A DNA stretch of 64,000 bases from an uncultured Anaerolineales bacterium (GTDB lineage: Bacteria > Chloroflexota > Anaerolineae > Anaerolineales > UBA11858). Below are positions 9,359 through 18,638 of the stretch, in pieces. The DNA lies in assembly GCA_964438295.1 (NCBI GenBank), contig CAYTKR010000004.1, positions 9,849-73,848 of the forward strand, written 5' to 3'. Both the position numbers and the translations under genes were made by a program. The stretch's first letter is position 1, and each line of letters opens with the position of its first letter. The notes under the pieces are model-generated. The model saw only the letters and a list, made by a program, of their open reading frames with translations, was not told the origin of the DNA and made no database searches.

Positions 9359-11902
9359 CTAGGCCGCTACAATCTCTTCGGGTTCGTCCTCGGATGAGTC
9401 TGCTTTGCCTTCAGCAGGGAGCAAGACGATCTCAGGTTCATCGTCCTCGGTGGGCTCGATGTCCACCAGCACGGTATCTCCAAGGTCGAACTTTCCAGCC
9501 AGGATCGCGTCCGAGAGCGGTTCCTCGATTTTTTGCTGGATCACGCGTCGTAACGGACGAGCGCCCATGTCGGGGTCATAGCCCAGGTCTGCGATTAGGT
9601 CAATTGCCTCGGGGGTGATATCCATGCTGATAGCGTGTTCGACCAATCGTTCGGATACTTTGCCCAACTCCAGGCCAACGATCTCGCGGATATCTTCCTT
9701 GGCGAGCGCTTTGAAGACGATCACGCTATCCAGGCGGTTGATGAACTCAGGGCGGAAGAGGCGCTTGAGGGATTTCATCAGCTGCTTGCGCATTTTCTGA
9801 TACTCCTGGCGCTCTTCGGTTTCTTCGTCACGCTTGAGTTCGAAACCCAATCCGGTCTGGCGCTTGATCATATCGGCGCCGACGTTGGAGGTCATCACGA
9901 TGATGGCGTTACGGAAATCGACCTTGCGACCCTTGGCATCCGTGAGCTGGCCCTCTTCCATGATCTGCAGGAGCATGTTGTGAGCTTCGGGGTGGGCTTT
10001 TTCGATCTCGTCGAAAACGATAATTGAATAAGGTCGCCGACGGATTGCCTCGGTGAGTTGACCAGCTTCGTCGTAGCCGATATACCCAGGAGGGGCACCG
10101 ACCAGCCGGCTAACCGAATGTCGCTCCATAAACTCAGACATGTCCAACTGGATCAGGGCATCCTCGCTGCCGAAGAGGAAACGCGCCAGGGATTTGGTCA
10201 ATTCCGTTTTTCCGACGCCGGTGGGGCCAAGGAATACAAAAGTTCCAATAGGCCGACGGGGGTCTTTCAACCCAGCACGAGCTCGGCGGACGGCTTTTGA
10301 GATGGTCTCGATGGCTTCATTCTGACCGATGATGGAATGTTTTAGTTCATCCTCCATCAACAGCAAGCGCTCGGATTCTTCCTCGGCCATCTGCATCACC
10401 GGCACACCGGTCCACATGGCGACAACTTCAGCGATATCATCGGGTGTGACGTTGGGGCTGTTTTCTCGGTCCCAAGTTGTGCGCAACCGTTCGAGTTCGG
10501 CTTCGATTTCAGTGCGTTGTTTTTCCAAGCCTTGGATATCGGCTTCGAAGGCCTCACCTGCTGTATCTTCTTTGGCTTCGTCGACCTTTTTGCGGATATC
10601 CCTTAGTGCACTTGTTAATTTTTTTGTGGTCTCAGCGACAGGGCTTTTGTACATGCGTACGCGTGAGGCGGCTTCGTCGATCAGGTCGATGGCTTTGTCG
10701 GGTAAGAAACGGTCAGAAACATAGCGAGTTGACAGGTTGGTGGCCGATTCTAAGGCTTCGTCCAAAATGGATAGCTGATGGTGAGCCTCATAGGCCGGGC
10801 GAATGCCGCGCAAGATTTCGATGGTCTCTTCCGGACTGGGCTCTTCAACGAAGATGGGCTGGAAACGGCGCTCGAGAGCTGCATCACTCTCGATGTGTTT
10901 GCGATATTCATCAAGCGTGGTCGCGCCAATCACTTGCAATTCACCACGTGAGAGGGCGGGCTTCAAAATGTTGGCTGCATCCATGGCGGATCCAGCCGAA
11001 CCGGCCCCCACTAACATATGTACTTCGTCGATGAAAAGAATGGATTCTGATGTTTTAAGTTCTTGGATGACGCGCTTTAAACGGTCTTCGAACTGGCCAC
11101 GATACATGGTACCGGCGACCAAAGACCCCACATCGAGTTGCAGGAGGCGTTTGCCCAAAAGGGGGATGGGCACATCGCCCTCCAAAATCCTTTGAGCAAG
11201 ACCTTCGACAATGGCGGTCTTTCCAACGCCAGGTTCGCCGGTCAGGGCCGGGTTGTTCTTCGTCCGCCGAGCCAGGATTTGAACAACGCGCTCAATTTCC
11301 ATTTGACGACCGATGACCGGGTCAAGTTTGCCGTCTTCTGCCATCTGGGTCAGGTCGGTGGCAAGTTGGTCAACCAAAGGTGTCTTGGACTTAGATTTGC
11401 CCTTGCCTTCGGTTTCCTTTGCCTTTTGACGGCGTTGCTGCCGTCGCTCGCGTTGAGCGGACTTGGTTTCCTTGAGAATTCGATGAGTTTGGCGGCGAAC
11501 CTGCTCAGGCGTGACGCCTAACTGCCTTAAGGCATCGAGGGCGATGCCCTCATTGAGTTCGATAATTCCCAGGAGCAGGTGCTCGACACCAATATAATGG
11601 TGTCCGAGTTGACGGGCCTGCTCGACTGCCAGTTCGAGAACTTTCTGTGTGCCAGGGGAAAGGGTCGGTCGCCGGGTGGTGAATTCACCTAATCCAACCA
11701 TTCTTTCTATTAGATCTTGTACCCGGTCGAATTCCAGGCCGAGTTCGCGCAGAACACGCCCGGCAATACCACCGTCTTCCAGCATCAAACCTAAGAGAAG
11801 GTGTTCAGTTCCAATATGACTGTGCCGCATTCGCTCGGCTTCTTCGTGGGCCAAGCTAAGTACCCGCCTCGCTCTTTGTGTAAATCGTTCCATGTTAGAC
11901 AT
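9359..11902 (-). CDS. clpC: ATP-dependent Clp protease ATP-binding subunit ClpC
   Basis: Double Clp_N repeat (HIGTEHLLLGL and YIGVEHLLLGI), two Walker A sites (GEPGVGKT and GPTGVGKT), and a UVR-like middle region. The start was moved to the ATG at 11902 (MSNMERF), which has AGGAGG 7 nt upstream. Confidence 0.95.
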   Translation of the reverse strand: MSNMERFTQRARRVLSLAHEEAERMRHSHIGTEHLLLGLMLEDGGIAGRVLRELGLEFDRVQDLIERMVGLGEFTTRRPTLSPGTQKVLELAVEQARQLGHHYIGVEHLLLGIIELNEGIALDALRQLGVTPEQVRRQTHRILKETKSAQRERRQQRRQKAKETEGKGKSKSKTPLVDQLATDLTQMAEDGKLDPVIGRQMEIERVVQILARRTKNNPALTGEPGVGKTAIVEGLAQRILEGDVPIPLLGKRLLQLDVGSLVAGTMYRGQFEDRLKRVIQELKTSESILFIDEVHMLVGAGSAGSAMDAANILKPALSRGELQVIGATTLDEYRKHIESDAALERRFQPIFVEEPSPEETIEILRGIRPAYEAHHQLSILDEALESATNLSTRYVSDRFLPDKAIDLIDEAASRVRMYKSPVAETTKKLTSALRDIRKKVDEAKEDTAGEAFEADIQGLEKQRTEIEAELERLRTTWDRENSPNVTPDDIAEVVAMWTGVPVMQMAEEESERLLLMEDELKHSIIGQNEAIETISKAVRRARAGLKDPRRPIGTFVFLGPTGVGKTELTKSLARFLFGSEDALIQLDMSEFMERHSVSRLVGAPPGYIGYDEAGQLTEAIRRRPYSIIVFDEIEKAHPEAHNMLLQIMEEGQLTDAKGRKVDFRNAIIVMTSNVGADMIKRQTGLGFELKRDEETEERQEYQKMRKQLMKSLKRLFRPEFINRLDSVIVFKALAKEDIREIVGLELGKVSERLVEHAISMDITPEAIDLIADLGYDPDMGARPLRRVIQQKIEEPLSDAILAGKFDLGDTVLVDIEPTEDDEPEIVLLPAEGKADSSEDEPEEIVAA

Positions 11903-12141
11903 GGCACTACCTCCTAAAACTATTAATGAGCGGGTGATCAAATAACCAAATATTTGGTTTCACAGGATCTCTAATCCAATTGTATAGTTGTTTTGGGTCA
12001 GTGATCCCTTACATCCTACTTTCAACTTCTACTCGCAGTTTTCAATTCTACCAGAGTTAGTCCGATTTGAATCTCAGGGGAGTGAATTCTTATAAATATC
12101 TAATGCGTTTTGAATTTTCTGGAAATTGGTTGAGATGAAAA

Positions 12142-12165
12142 AGGCGCACCTGATTAGGTGCGCCT
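12142..12165 (-). terminator. intrinsic terminator of rpsA
   Basis: AGGCGCACC-taatca-GGTGCGCCT, followed by TTTTTCATCTC on the minus strand. Confidence 0.7.
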
Positions 12166-12180
12166 GGAAGTGTCTTTGAC

Positions 12181-13752
12181 TTACTCTTCTTCGGGTTCCG
12201 GTTCTTCTGCCTCCGCCTCAGTATCTTCGGCGTCCTCGGCATCTGGTTCTTCGGCATCATCAGGAGTATCTGACTCGGGTTCCTCAGCTTCAGTTTCGGG
12301 TTCTTCTTCGGCTGCTTCCTCATCAGCTTTTACTTCAGTCTCCTTCGCATCGGCATCCGCTTCGTCTGCTTCAGCTTCTGCTTCGGCATCAATTTCTTCT
12401 TCGACCTCTTCCGTCTCGGATACCTCCACTGCTTCAACAACCGTCTCTGTTTCTGCCTCGATTTCTTCGGCTTGTGCTTCGACAACAGGTTCTTCAGTCT
12501 TTTCAGCTACAACGTCTGCTTCCGCTTCTTCGTCATAGGGAGATTCGAAGGTGGAATCTACTTCTTCTTTGACCATCTTCCAATCCAGGTCGATGTAGGC
12601 CCCTGAGTCTACCTTGCGCAAGCTGAGACCGATGCGGAACTTCTCACGGTCGATGTTGATGATGCGCAGGGTCAGGGTATCACCTACTTTGACGACCTCT
12701 TTGGGATGCTCAACCCGGTCAGGGCTCAATTCAGAGATGTGGATCAGACCTTCGAGGTCGCGCTCACCCAATTTGGCGAAGGCGCCAAAGTCGGTGAGAT
12801 GAGTGATGGTACCTTCAATGAGTTGACCTTCTTTGAGATCCTTTATTTTGACCAGCCAGGGGTTTTCCTGGAGCTGACGGATGGAAAGACCGATGCGCTT
12901 GCGTTCCTGATCGAGGCTGATGACTTTGACCTCGACTTCTTGCCCGATCTTGAGGACATCTTTTGGATGCTTGATGCGTTCCCACGAGATCTCAGACAGG
13001 TGAACCAAGCCGTCGGCGCCATCGATATTTACGAAGGCACCAAAGTTGGCCAGGCTGGTAACACGACCCTTGCTGACCGTACCAACAGCGAGTTCATCCA
13101 AAAGGCGGTCTTTGAGGGTCTCACGGGTTTCATTCAGTGCCTTGCGTTCTGAAAGGATCAGACGGCGGCGAGAGCGATCAACCTCGATGACGGTAACCTC
13201 TATGGGTTCACCGATCAACTTGCCCCAGCGTGTCTCAGGGGAGTCACCAGTCGTGCGACGGGTCAGGCTAATCTGTGAGCCAGGGACAAAACCGCGCAAT
13301 TTGCCAATTGGAACGAGAAGCCCACCTTTATTGAATCCGGAAATATGACCTTCATAGCCATCACCAGATTCTTTCAACTGTTCAACGAGTTCCCAATCGA
13401 GTTCCTCTTGCGCGCGAGTGAAAGAAACAGTCAGGTTTCCACTGCGGTCTTCGGGTGTTAGGACATACACCTTAATTGGTTGCCCAACTTCAAAACTTTC
13501 CAAGATCTCAGTATCAATTTGGTCAAGTTCTCTTCCAGCGATGATTCCTTCAGATTTTGCACCAATGCTGACCAGGATTTCAGAATTCGAGATGGCGGCG
13601 ATTACTCCTTCTCTCATTTCTCCGGACTTGGGCAAATCGATGTCTAAGCCCTGCTCATCGAGCAGTTCTTCCATCGATGGTTGGGGTTCGGGCGCTTCTT
13701 CTACTTCTTCCTCAACAATGTTTTCTTCAACGAGAGCTTCACTATCTTTCAT
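12181..13752 (-). CDS. rpsA: 30S ribosomal protein S1 with a long acidic C-terminal tail
   Basis: Four S1 domains with repeated G.V..(L/I)..FGAF(V/A).L/I..(G)L(V/I)H(I/L)SE(I/L)S patterns. A tail of about 115 aa made almost only of E/A/D/T/V follows. Confidence 0.9.
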   Translation of the reverse strand: MKDSEALVEENIVEEEVEEAPEPQPSMEELLDEQGLDIDLPKSGEMREGVIAAISNSEILVSIGAKSEGIIAGRELDQIDTEILESFEVGQPIKVYVLTPEDRSGNLTVSFTRAQEELDWELVEQLKESGDGYEGHISGFNKGGLLVPIGKLRGFVPGSQISLTRRTTGDSPETRWGKLIGEPIEVTVIEVDRSRRRLILSERKALNETRETLKDRLLDELAVGTVSKGRVTSLANFGAFVNIDGADGLVHLSEISWERIKHPKDVLKIGQEVEVKVISLDQERKRIGLSIRQLQENPWLVKIKDLKEGQLIEGTITHLTDFGAFAKLGERDLEGLIHISELSPDRVEHPKEVVKVGDTLTLRIINIDREKFRIGLSLRKVDSGAYIDLDWKMVKEEVDSTFESPYDEEAEADVVAEKTEEPVVEAQAEEIEAETETVVEAVEVSETEEVEEEIDAEAEAEADEADADAKETEVKADEEAAEEEPETEAEEPESDTPDDAEEPDAEDAEDTEAEAEEPEPEEE

Positions 13753-13873
13753 CTTGATTATTCATACACTCCAGGTTTATAGGATCGACGTTACATTATA
13801 AGGGCTAAGGGATAACTTGGCAACCTTTGTGGTAAGATTGTCGGGAACTTTTAATATAGAGAGAAATAAATCA

Positions 13874-14959
13874 ATGCCAACCATTTACCCCTTTACAGCG
13901 ATAGTCGGCCAGGAGCGCATGAAGCGTGCGCTAATTTTGAATGCAGTTTCTCCCCGAATTGGTGGAGTTTTGATCCGTGGCGAGCGCGGTACGGCAAAAT
14001 CGACAGCAGCGCGAGCTTTGGCCGCTTTGCTACCTCAAGTCAAAGTGATCAGCCAGTGCCGCTTTGGATGTGACCCTGAACGTTCGCATACTTGGTGCAC
14101 GGAATGCCGGGAACGCGCCGATCAAGAATTTGAGATGCGCACGACTCCTTTCGTGAACTTACCTGTTTCTGCGACAGAGGATCGTGTCGTTGGCACTCTG
14201 GATATCGAGAAGGCAATTCAAAAAGGTGAGCGACATTTTGAACCAGGTGTGTTAGCAGCAGCCAACCGGGGTTTGCTGTATATTGATGAGGTCAACCTTC
14301 TGGATGATCATGTGGTGGACCTCTTGCTGGATTCTGCAGCGATGGGCATGAACATTGTCGAGAGGGAGGGCATCTCCTTCAGCCACCCGGCGCGCTTCAT
14401 TTTGGTAGGGACCATGAATCCCGAGGAGGGGGATCTGCGCCCACAGTTATTGGACCGTTTCGCCTTGTCCGTAGATATCTCTGGTATCCGATCCCCACAA
14501 GAACGTGTCTTTATCATGGAGCGCAACCTGGCATTTGAGTCTGATGCCGATGGTTTCCGCGATCAATGGATCGACAAAGAGCAAGAACTTTCGGAAAGAA
14601 TCAAACGTGCCCGCCAACTCGTCGGGCATGTGAAATACACTCGCAGGGATTTACTCTCGATAGCTGCCCTGAGCGCGTCTTTGAATGTCGACGGTCATCG
14701 TTCTGACCTGGTGATCCTCAAAGCGGCGCGCGCTCATGCTGCCTTTGAGGGGCGTACCCAAGTCACCGAGCGAGATATCGCCCTGGCGGCAGAGTTGGCA
14801 TTCCCACACCGCATCAAGCGTGGCCCTTTCGATCAGGCGGATATTGGCTTCGACGAATTACAAGAGCGCATTGAACAGTTGCAAGGGGCTTCAGCTCCTT
14901 TAGAAGAACGCCAGCCTGGTTCCGACGATCAAGCAGTCGACGAAAAAAAAAAGCCGTAG
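13874..14959 (+). CDS. ChlI/BchI-like AAA+ ATPase (Mg-chelatase I-subunit family)
   Basis: MPTIYPFTAIVGQERMKRALILNAVSPRIGGVLIRGERGTAKST matches the ChlI N-terminus and Walker A. Walker B is LLYIDEVNLLDDH. I prefer the ATG at 13874 over the track TTG at 13817. Confidence 0.9.
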   Translation: MPTIYPFTAIVGQERMKRALILNAVSPRIGGVLIRGERGTAKSTAARALAALLPQVKVISQCRFGCDPERSHTWCTECRERADQEFEMRTTPFVNLPVSATEDRVVGTLDIEKAIQKGERHFEPGVLAAANRGLLYIDEVNLLDDHVVDLLLDSAAMGMNIVEREGISFSHPARFILVGTMNPEEGDLRPQLLDRFALSVDISGIRSPQERVFIMERNLAFESDADGFRDQWIDKEQELSERIKRARQLVGHVKYTRRDLLSIAALSASLNVDGHRSDLVILKAARAHAAFEGRTQVTERDIALAAELAFPHRIKRGPFDQADIGFDELQERIEQLQGASAPLEERQPGSDDQAVDEKKKP

Positions 14960-14973
14960 CTGACAACGTCAGC
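14947..14973 (+). promoter_or_regulatory. candidate -1 programmed frameshift cassette (A_AAA_AAG heptamer, 5-nt spacer, 6-bp hairpin)
   Basis: The zero frame reads GAA AAA AAA AAG CCG TAG. The heptamer is at 14947-14953 and the hairpin GCTGAC-AAC-GTCAGC at 14959-14973. The -1 frame is open from 14875 into the VWA ORF. Confidence 0.4.
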
Positions 14974-15024
14974 GAGGAAAAAGAAGAATCAACCCGCGCA
15001 CCTGCCGAACCTGCCAAGCAGGAT

Positions 15025-15909
15025 GTGTTCGACTCGGTATCTTCGAACTGGTGGGATGGGGGGGAGAAAGTCAAACCAAGCGAAGCCTTTGATGCAAGGA
15101 AACTTGAGACACAGCTGGACCGTCTCTCACGGCGGCGCAGCGGCCGACGATCGCGCACGCGCACCGAGCGTAAGCGCGGCCGCTATATCCAATCTCGTCC
15201 TGCTCAAGGCAAAACCTCCGATATTGCCTTCGATGCCACCATTCGCGCTGCGGCTCCATACCAAAAAGAGCGCCAGGAGCAGCGCAAAGAAGTGGCTTTC
15301 GCCATCCGGCCCCAAGATTTGCAGCAGAAAGTACGTGTCAAGCAGACAGCCAATTTGGTGATGTTTGTGGTTGACGCCTCATGGTCTATGGCGGTTGCTG
15401 AACGTATGGCAGCTACGAAGGGTGCCATCCTCTCCTTGCTGACCGACGCCTACCAACGACGAGATCGTGTAGGGCTGATCGTCTTTCAAAAAGATCGCGC
15501 CACACTGATCCTTCCGCCGACCAATTCGGTACAGTTGGCTCAGCATGCCCTTACCGATATTCCCGTGGGTGGAAAGACTCCCTTAGCAGCAGGTTTGTTC
15601 CTGGCTCATCAAGTCATTCAACAGCAGAGCATGATCTATCCCGATGTCGAACCACTGATGATCATGCTTACTGATGGGGCCGGCAATGTCTCTATGGGGG
15701 ATCAACCTCCCCAAGAGGAAGCGCATAAATTGGCTGAGAAGATTGCCCTGGATGAGATCCGTAGCGTGGTGATCAATATGGAACACGCTGCCTTCGACCA
15801 GGGTTTGGCCCAAGAGTTAGCCAATCACCTCGACGCACCTTGTTATACACTGCACGAACTCAAAGCGGAGACGCTGTATCAGGCTGTACGGGATGAGATG
15901 GACTCATAA
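15025..15909 (+). CDS. VWA-domain protein equivalent to the C-terminal half of ChlD/BchD
   Basis: Basic segment RRRSGRRSRTRTERKRGRYIQSRP, then DATIRAAAPYQ and the MIDAS motif VVDASWSM. The track start is GTG with no convincing SD. The same frame is open 150 nt further upstream. Confidence 0.85.
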   Translation: MFDSVSSNWWDGGEKVKPSEAFDARKLETQLDRLSRRRSGRRSRTRTERKRGRYIQSRPAQGKTSDIAFDATIRAAAPYQKERQEQRKEVAFAIRPQDLQQKVRVKQTANLVMFVVDASWSMAVAERMAATKGAILSLLTDAYQRRDRVGLIVFQKDRATLILPPTNSVQLAQHALTDIPVGGKTPLAAGLFLAHQVIQQQSMIYPDVEPLMIMLTDGAGNVSMGDQPPQEEAHKLAEKIALDEIRSVVINMEHAAFDQGLAQELANHLDAPCYTLHELKAETLYQAVRDEMDS

Positions 15910-16029
15910 GTTCGGTTCGTGTGTCGTGGGGAGCGGAATTAGAAGAGTATCGAAATTAGATATTGGGAATTCGAAATATCGAAAATCCCATAGCTAATCT
16001 CCAAGATCTATCAGAAAGGGAGCAAATCC

Positions 16030-17532
16030 ATGTCTGAACAAGAAACTAGGGAAGAAGAGCCAACCCCCAAATACGAAGACAATCTCTCCATAACCCATCA
16101 TACGGTCACCATAAATGGGAAAGAAATTCGCTACACCGCCACCACGGGCACGATGATCTTGAAAGAAGAGGTCGATGAGTCCGGTGATGGGAATGAACAG
16201 CGCCAGACCGAGAAGCCCAAAGCGGCCATCTTTTTCACGGCTTACACACTGGATAAAGATGAAGCCACTCCCAGTGCCGAACACCGAAAGATACGGCCAC
16301 TCACCTTTTCGTTCAACGGTGGACCAGGGTCTTCGTCGGTGTGGCTGCATATGGGGTTGCTGGGGCCGCGCCGGGTCAAGATGAGCGACGAAGGCGAAAT
16401 GCTCCCACCTCCCTTCGAGTTGGTGGACAATGAATTCTCCTTGCTGGATCTTACGGATCTGGTTTTTATTGATCCGGTTACCACAGGTTACAGCCGCACG
16501 CTACCAGGAGAAAGCTCCAAACAGTTCCATGATTTCAAGAAAGATATTGAATCTGTAGGGGATTTCATCCGCCTGTATACCAGCCGCTACCAGCGCTGGG
16601 TCTCCCCCAAGTTTTTGATTGGTGAGAGCTATGGAACCACGCGCTCCGCCGGTTTAGCCGGATACCTGCAAGAGCGGCATGGAATGTACCTCAATGGCAT
16701 CATGCTAATCTCCTCGATCTTGAATTTCCAGACAGCGCGCTTCATGCCTGGTAACGATTTGCCATATGTTTTGTTTTTGCCCACATATACTGCCACAGCC
16801 TGGTATCATGGCAAACTCGATGCGAAGCTGCAAAAGAACCTGCGCGATACGTTAGATGAAGCAGAAATATTTGCCCTGGGTGAATACAACTCGGCATTGA
16901 TGAAGGGGGATGGGTTGACCCTCAGTGAGAAGAATAAGATCATTCAAAAATTGGCGCGCTATACGGGTCTTTCTCCAGAATATATCCGACGAACGAATAT
17001 GCGCGTGGAGATCATGCGCTTTACCAAAGAGCTGCTGCGGGATGAGCGCCGCACGACGGGCCGTTTAGATACGCGTTTTAAAGGCATCGACCGCGATTCT
17101 GCCGGAGAAGGCTGGGAATTCGATTCTAGTTTGGCAGCAATCACCGGGCCGTATACCGCCACGCTCAACGATTACCTGCGTTCCGAGCTGGAATTCGAGA
17201 GCGACCTGCCCTATGAGATCCTGACCAGCCGGGTGCAGCCTTGGAGCTACGACCAGCACCAGAACCAGTATGTCAACGTGGCCGAGACTTTACGCAAGGC
17301 GATGTCGATCAACAAATATTTAAAGGTCTTTGTTGGCAACGGCTATTACGATTTAGCAACACCTTACTTTGCCACGCTCTACACCTTTGATCACATGGCA
17401 TTGGATGAGAGCTTGCGGGATAACGTATCGATGGGTTTCTATGAGGCTGGGCATATGATGTATATCCATCTGCCATCGTTGGATAAATTGAAAGGGGATT
17501 TGACAGAGTTTGTCAGATCGGCTCTGTCATGA
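16030..17532 (+). CDS. S10-family serine carboxypeptidase
   Basis: FNGGPGSSS and the catalytic GESYG motif (IGESYGTTR); 500 aa. Confidence 0.85.
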   Translation: MSEQETREEEPTPKYEDNLSITHHTVTINGKEIRYTATTGTMILKEEVDESGDGNEQRQTEKPKAAIFFTAYTLDKDEATPSAEHRKIRPLTFSFNGGPGSSSVWLHMGLLGPRRVKMSDEGEMLPPPFELVDNEFSLLDLTDLVFIDPVTTGYSRTLPGESSKQFHDFKKDIESVGDFIRLYTSRYQRWVSPKFLIGESYGTTRSAGLAGYLQERHGMYLNGIMLISSILNFQTARFMPGNDLPYVLFLPTYTATAWYHGKLDAKLQKNLRDTLDEAEIFALGEYNSALMKGDGLTLSEKNKIIQKLARYTGLSPEYIRRTNMRVEIMRFTKELLRDERRTTGRLDTRFKGIDRDSAGEGWEFDSSLAAITGPYTATLNDYLRSELEFESDLPYEILTSRVQPWSYDQHQNQYVNVAETLRKAMSINKYLKVFVGNGYYDLATPYFATLYTFDHMALDESLRDNVSMGFYEAGHMMYIHLPSLDKLKGDLTEFVRSALS

Positions 17533-17620
17533 AATGGATTAATGTGAGAGGATAGTTGAACGCAGATTTTCTACTGAGAGCCTAACTGCTCAGGCTAAAG
17601 CCTTCGCAGAGCGAATTCCG

Positions 17621-17665
17621 AAAAAAGGGTGTGCGTGGAGTGCACTCCACGCACACCCTTTTTTC
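17621..17665. terminator. bidirectional intrinsic terminator
   Basis: AAAAAAGGGTGTGCGTGGAGTGCACTCCACGCACACCCTTTTTT is a perfect palindrome with flanking A6/T6 runs. Confidence 0.8.
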
Positions 17666-17732
17666 GCTTCCTTCGGTTCGATGTCGACACCAACCATAGA
17701 TCAATATCCAGAAATTGATAGGAGAGGCAAAT

Positions 17733-18554
17733 ATGAAAATCTTGATTGCTGCGGATATGGAGGGAATTTCAGGGGTTACAAATTGGGATCAGGTTGATCC
17801 TTCAAAGGCAGAGTATCCCCGCTTTTGCGAGATCATGACCGCCGATGTCAATGCTGCGGTGCTGGGCGCTTATGAAGGCGGGGCTACGGAAGTCGTCGTT
17901 TCGGATGGTCATGCGGGTGGCTATAACATTTTGATCGAAGGTTTGGATCCGCGCATGCGCCTGAATTCGGGCAATTCGGCGCCCTTTGCGATGGTCCAGG
18001 GAATGCAGATGGGAGATGTTTCCGGAGTGATCTTTGTGGGCTACCACGCCCGCAGTGGAACAGAGAAGGCGGTCTTAGCGCATACCTGGTCCAGTCTGCG
18101 CATTGCCAATGTCTGGCTCAATGATACTCTGGTGGGAGAGTGTGGCTTGAACGCCGCGGTGTGCGGAGCGTTCGGCGCGCCGGTGCTGATGATTACGGGG
18201 GATCAAACCACCATTGCACAAGCAGAAGAGTTGCTTGGCTCCTTGGAAACAGCGGTTGTAAAGCACTCCACGAGCTTCTCTTCCGCAGAGTGCCTTCATC
18301 CGCAAGTCGCTCAAGGAATGATCCGAGATGCCGCGCAACGGGCGGTGTCCAAATTGAAGGAGGGCAAAGCGCCTCTGCCCTTCACGGTTTCCGAGCCAGT
18401 CCAGGCGGTCATCGAATTTCGATTGTCAGAAATGGCGGACAAAGCTGGTCGCCTTCCTGGAGCAAATCGTATAGATGCCACGCGCATCGAATTGTCTGCA
18501 CCTGATATGCCCACAGCTTATATCAACTTCCGGGCGGCCGTGCAGGCAGCTTGA
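17733..18554 (+). CDS. M55-family D-aminopeptidase (DppA-like)
   Basis: The N-terminus MKILIAADMEGISGV is characteristic. GGAGAGG lies 5 nt upstream of the ATG at 17733. Confidence 0.9.
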   Translation: MKILIAADMEGISGVTNWDQVDPSKAEYPRFCEIMTADVNAAVLGAYEGGATEVVVSDGHAGGYNILIEGLDPRMRLNSGNSAPFAMVQGMQMGDVSGVIFVGYHARSGTEKAVLAHTWSSLRIANVWLNDTLVGECGLNAAVCGAFGAPVLMITGDQTTIAQAEELLGSLETAVVKHSTSFSSAECLHPQVAQGMIRDAAQRAVSKLKEGKAPLPFTVSEPVQAVIEFRLSEMADKAGRLPGANRIDATRIELSAPDMPTAYINFRAAVQAA

Positions 18555-18638
18555 GATTTTTTACCCTGAGTTTACAAATCCTATAGGGCTTGTGAACAAC
18601 CCTTGGTTAGAATGAAAGCAAATGAAAAGGAGATTGCT

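Noticed and set aside
12158-12538. A 126-aa Ser/Ala/Gly-rich plus-strand ORF that looks like a repetitive surface protein.
   Set aside because: It is the exact antisense of the acidic tail of rpsA (GAA/GCT-type repeats read backwards). It has no start context and no independent support.
13874-15909. Calling the ChlI-like/VWA pair a bacteriochlorophyll Mg-chelatase or a cobaltochelatase.
   Set aside because: There is no H/CobN-type large subunit and no pigment or cobalamin pathway gene in the window. Only the family-level assignment (AAA+ I-type, D-type VWA) is supportable.
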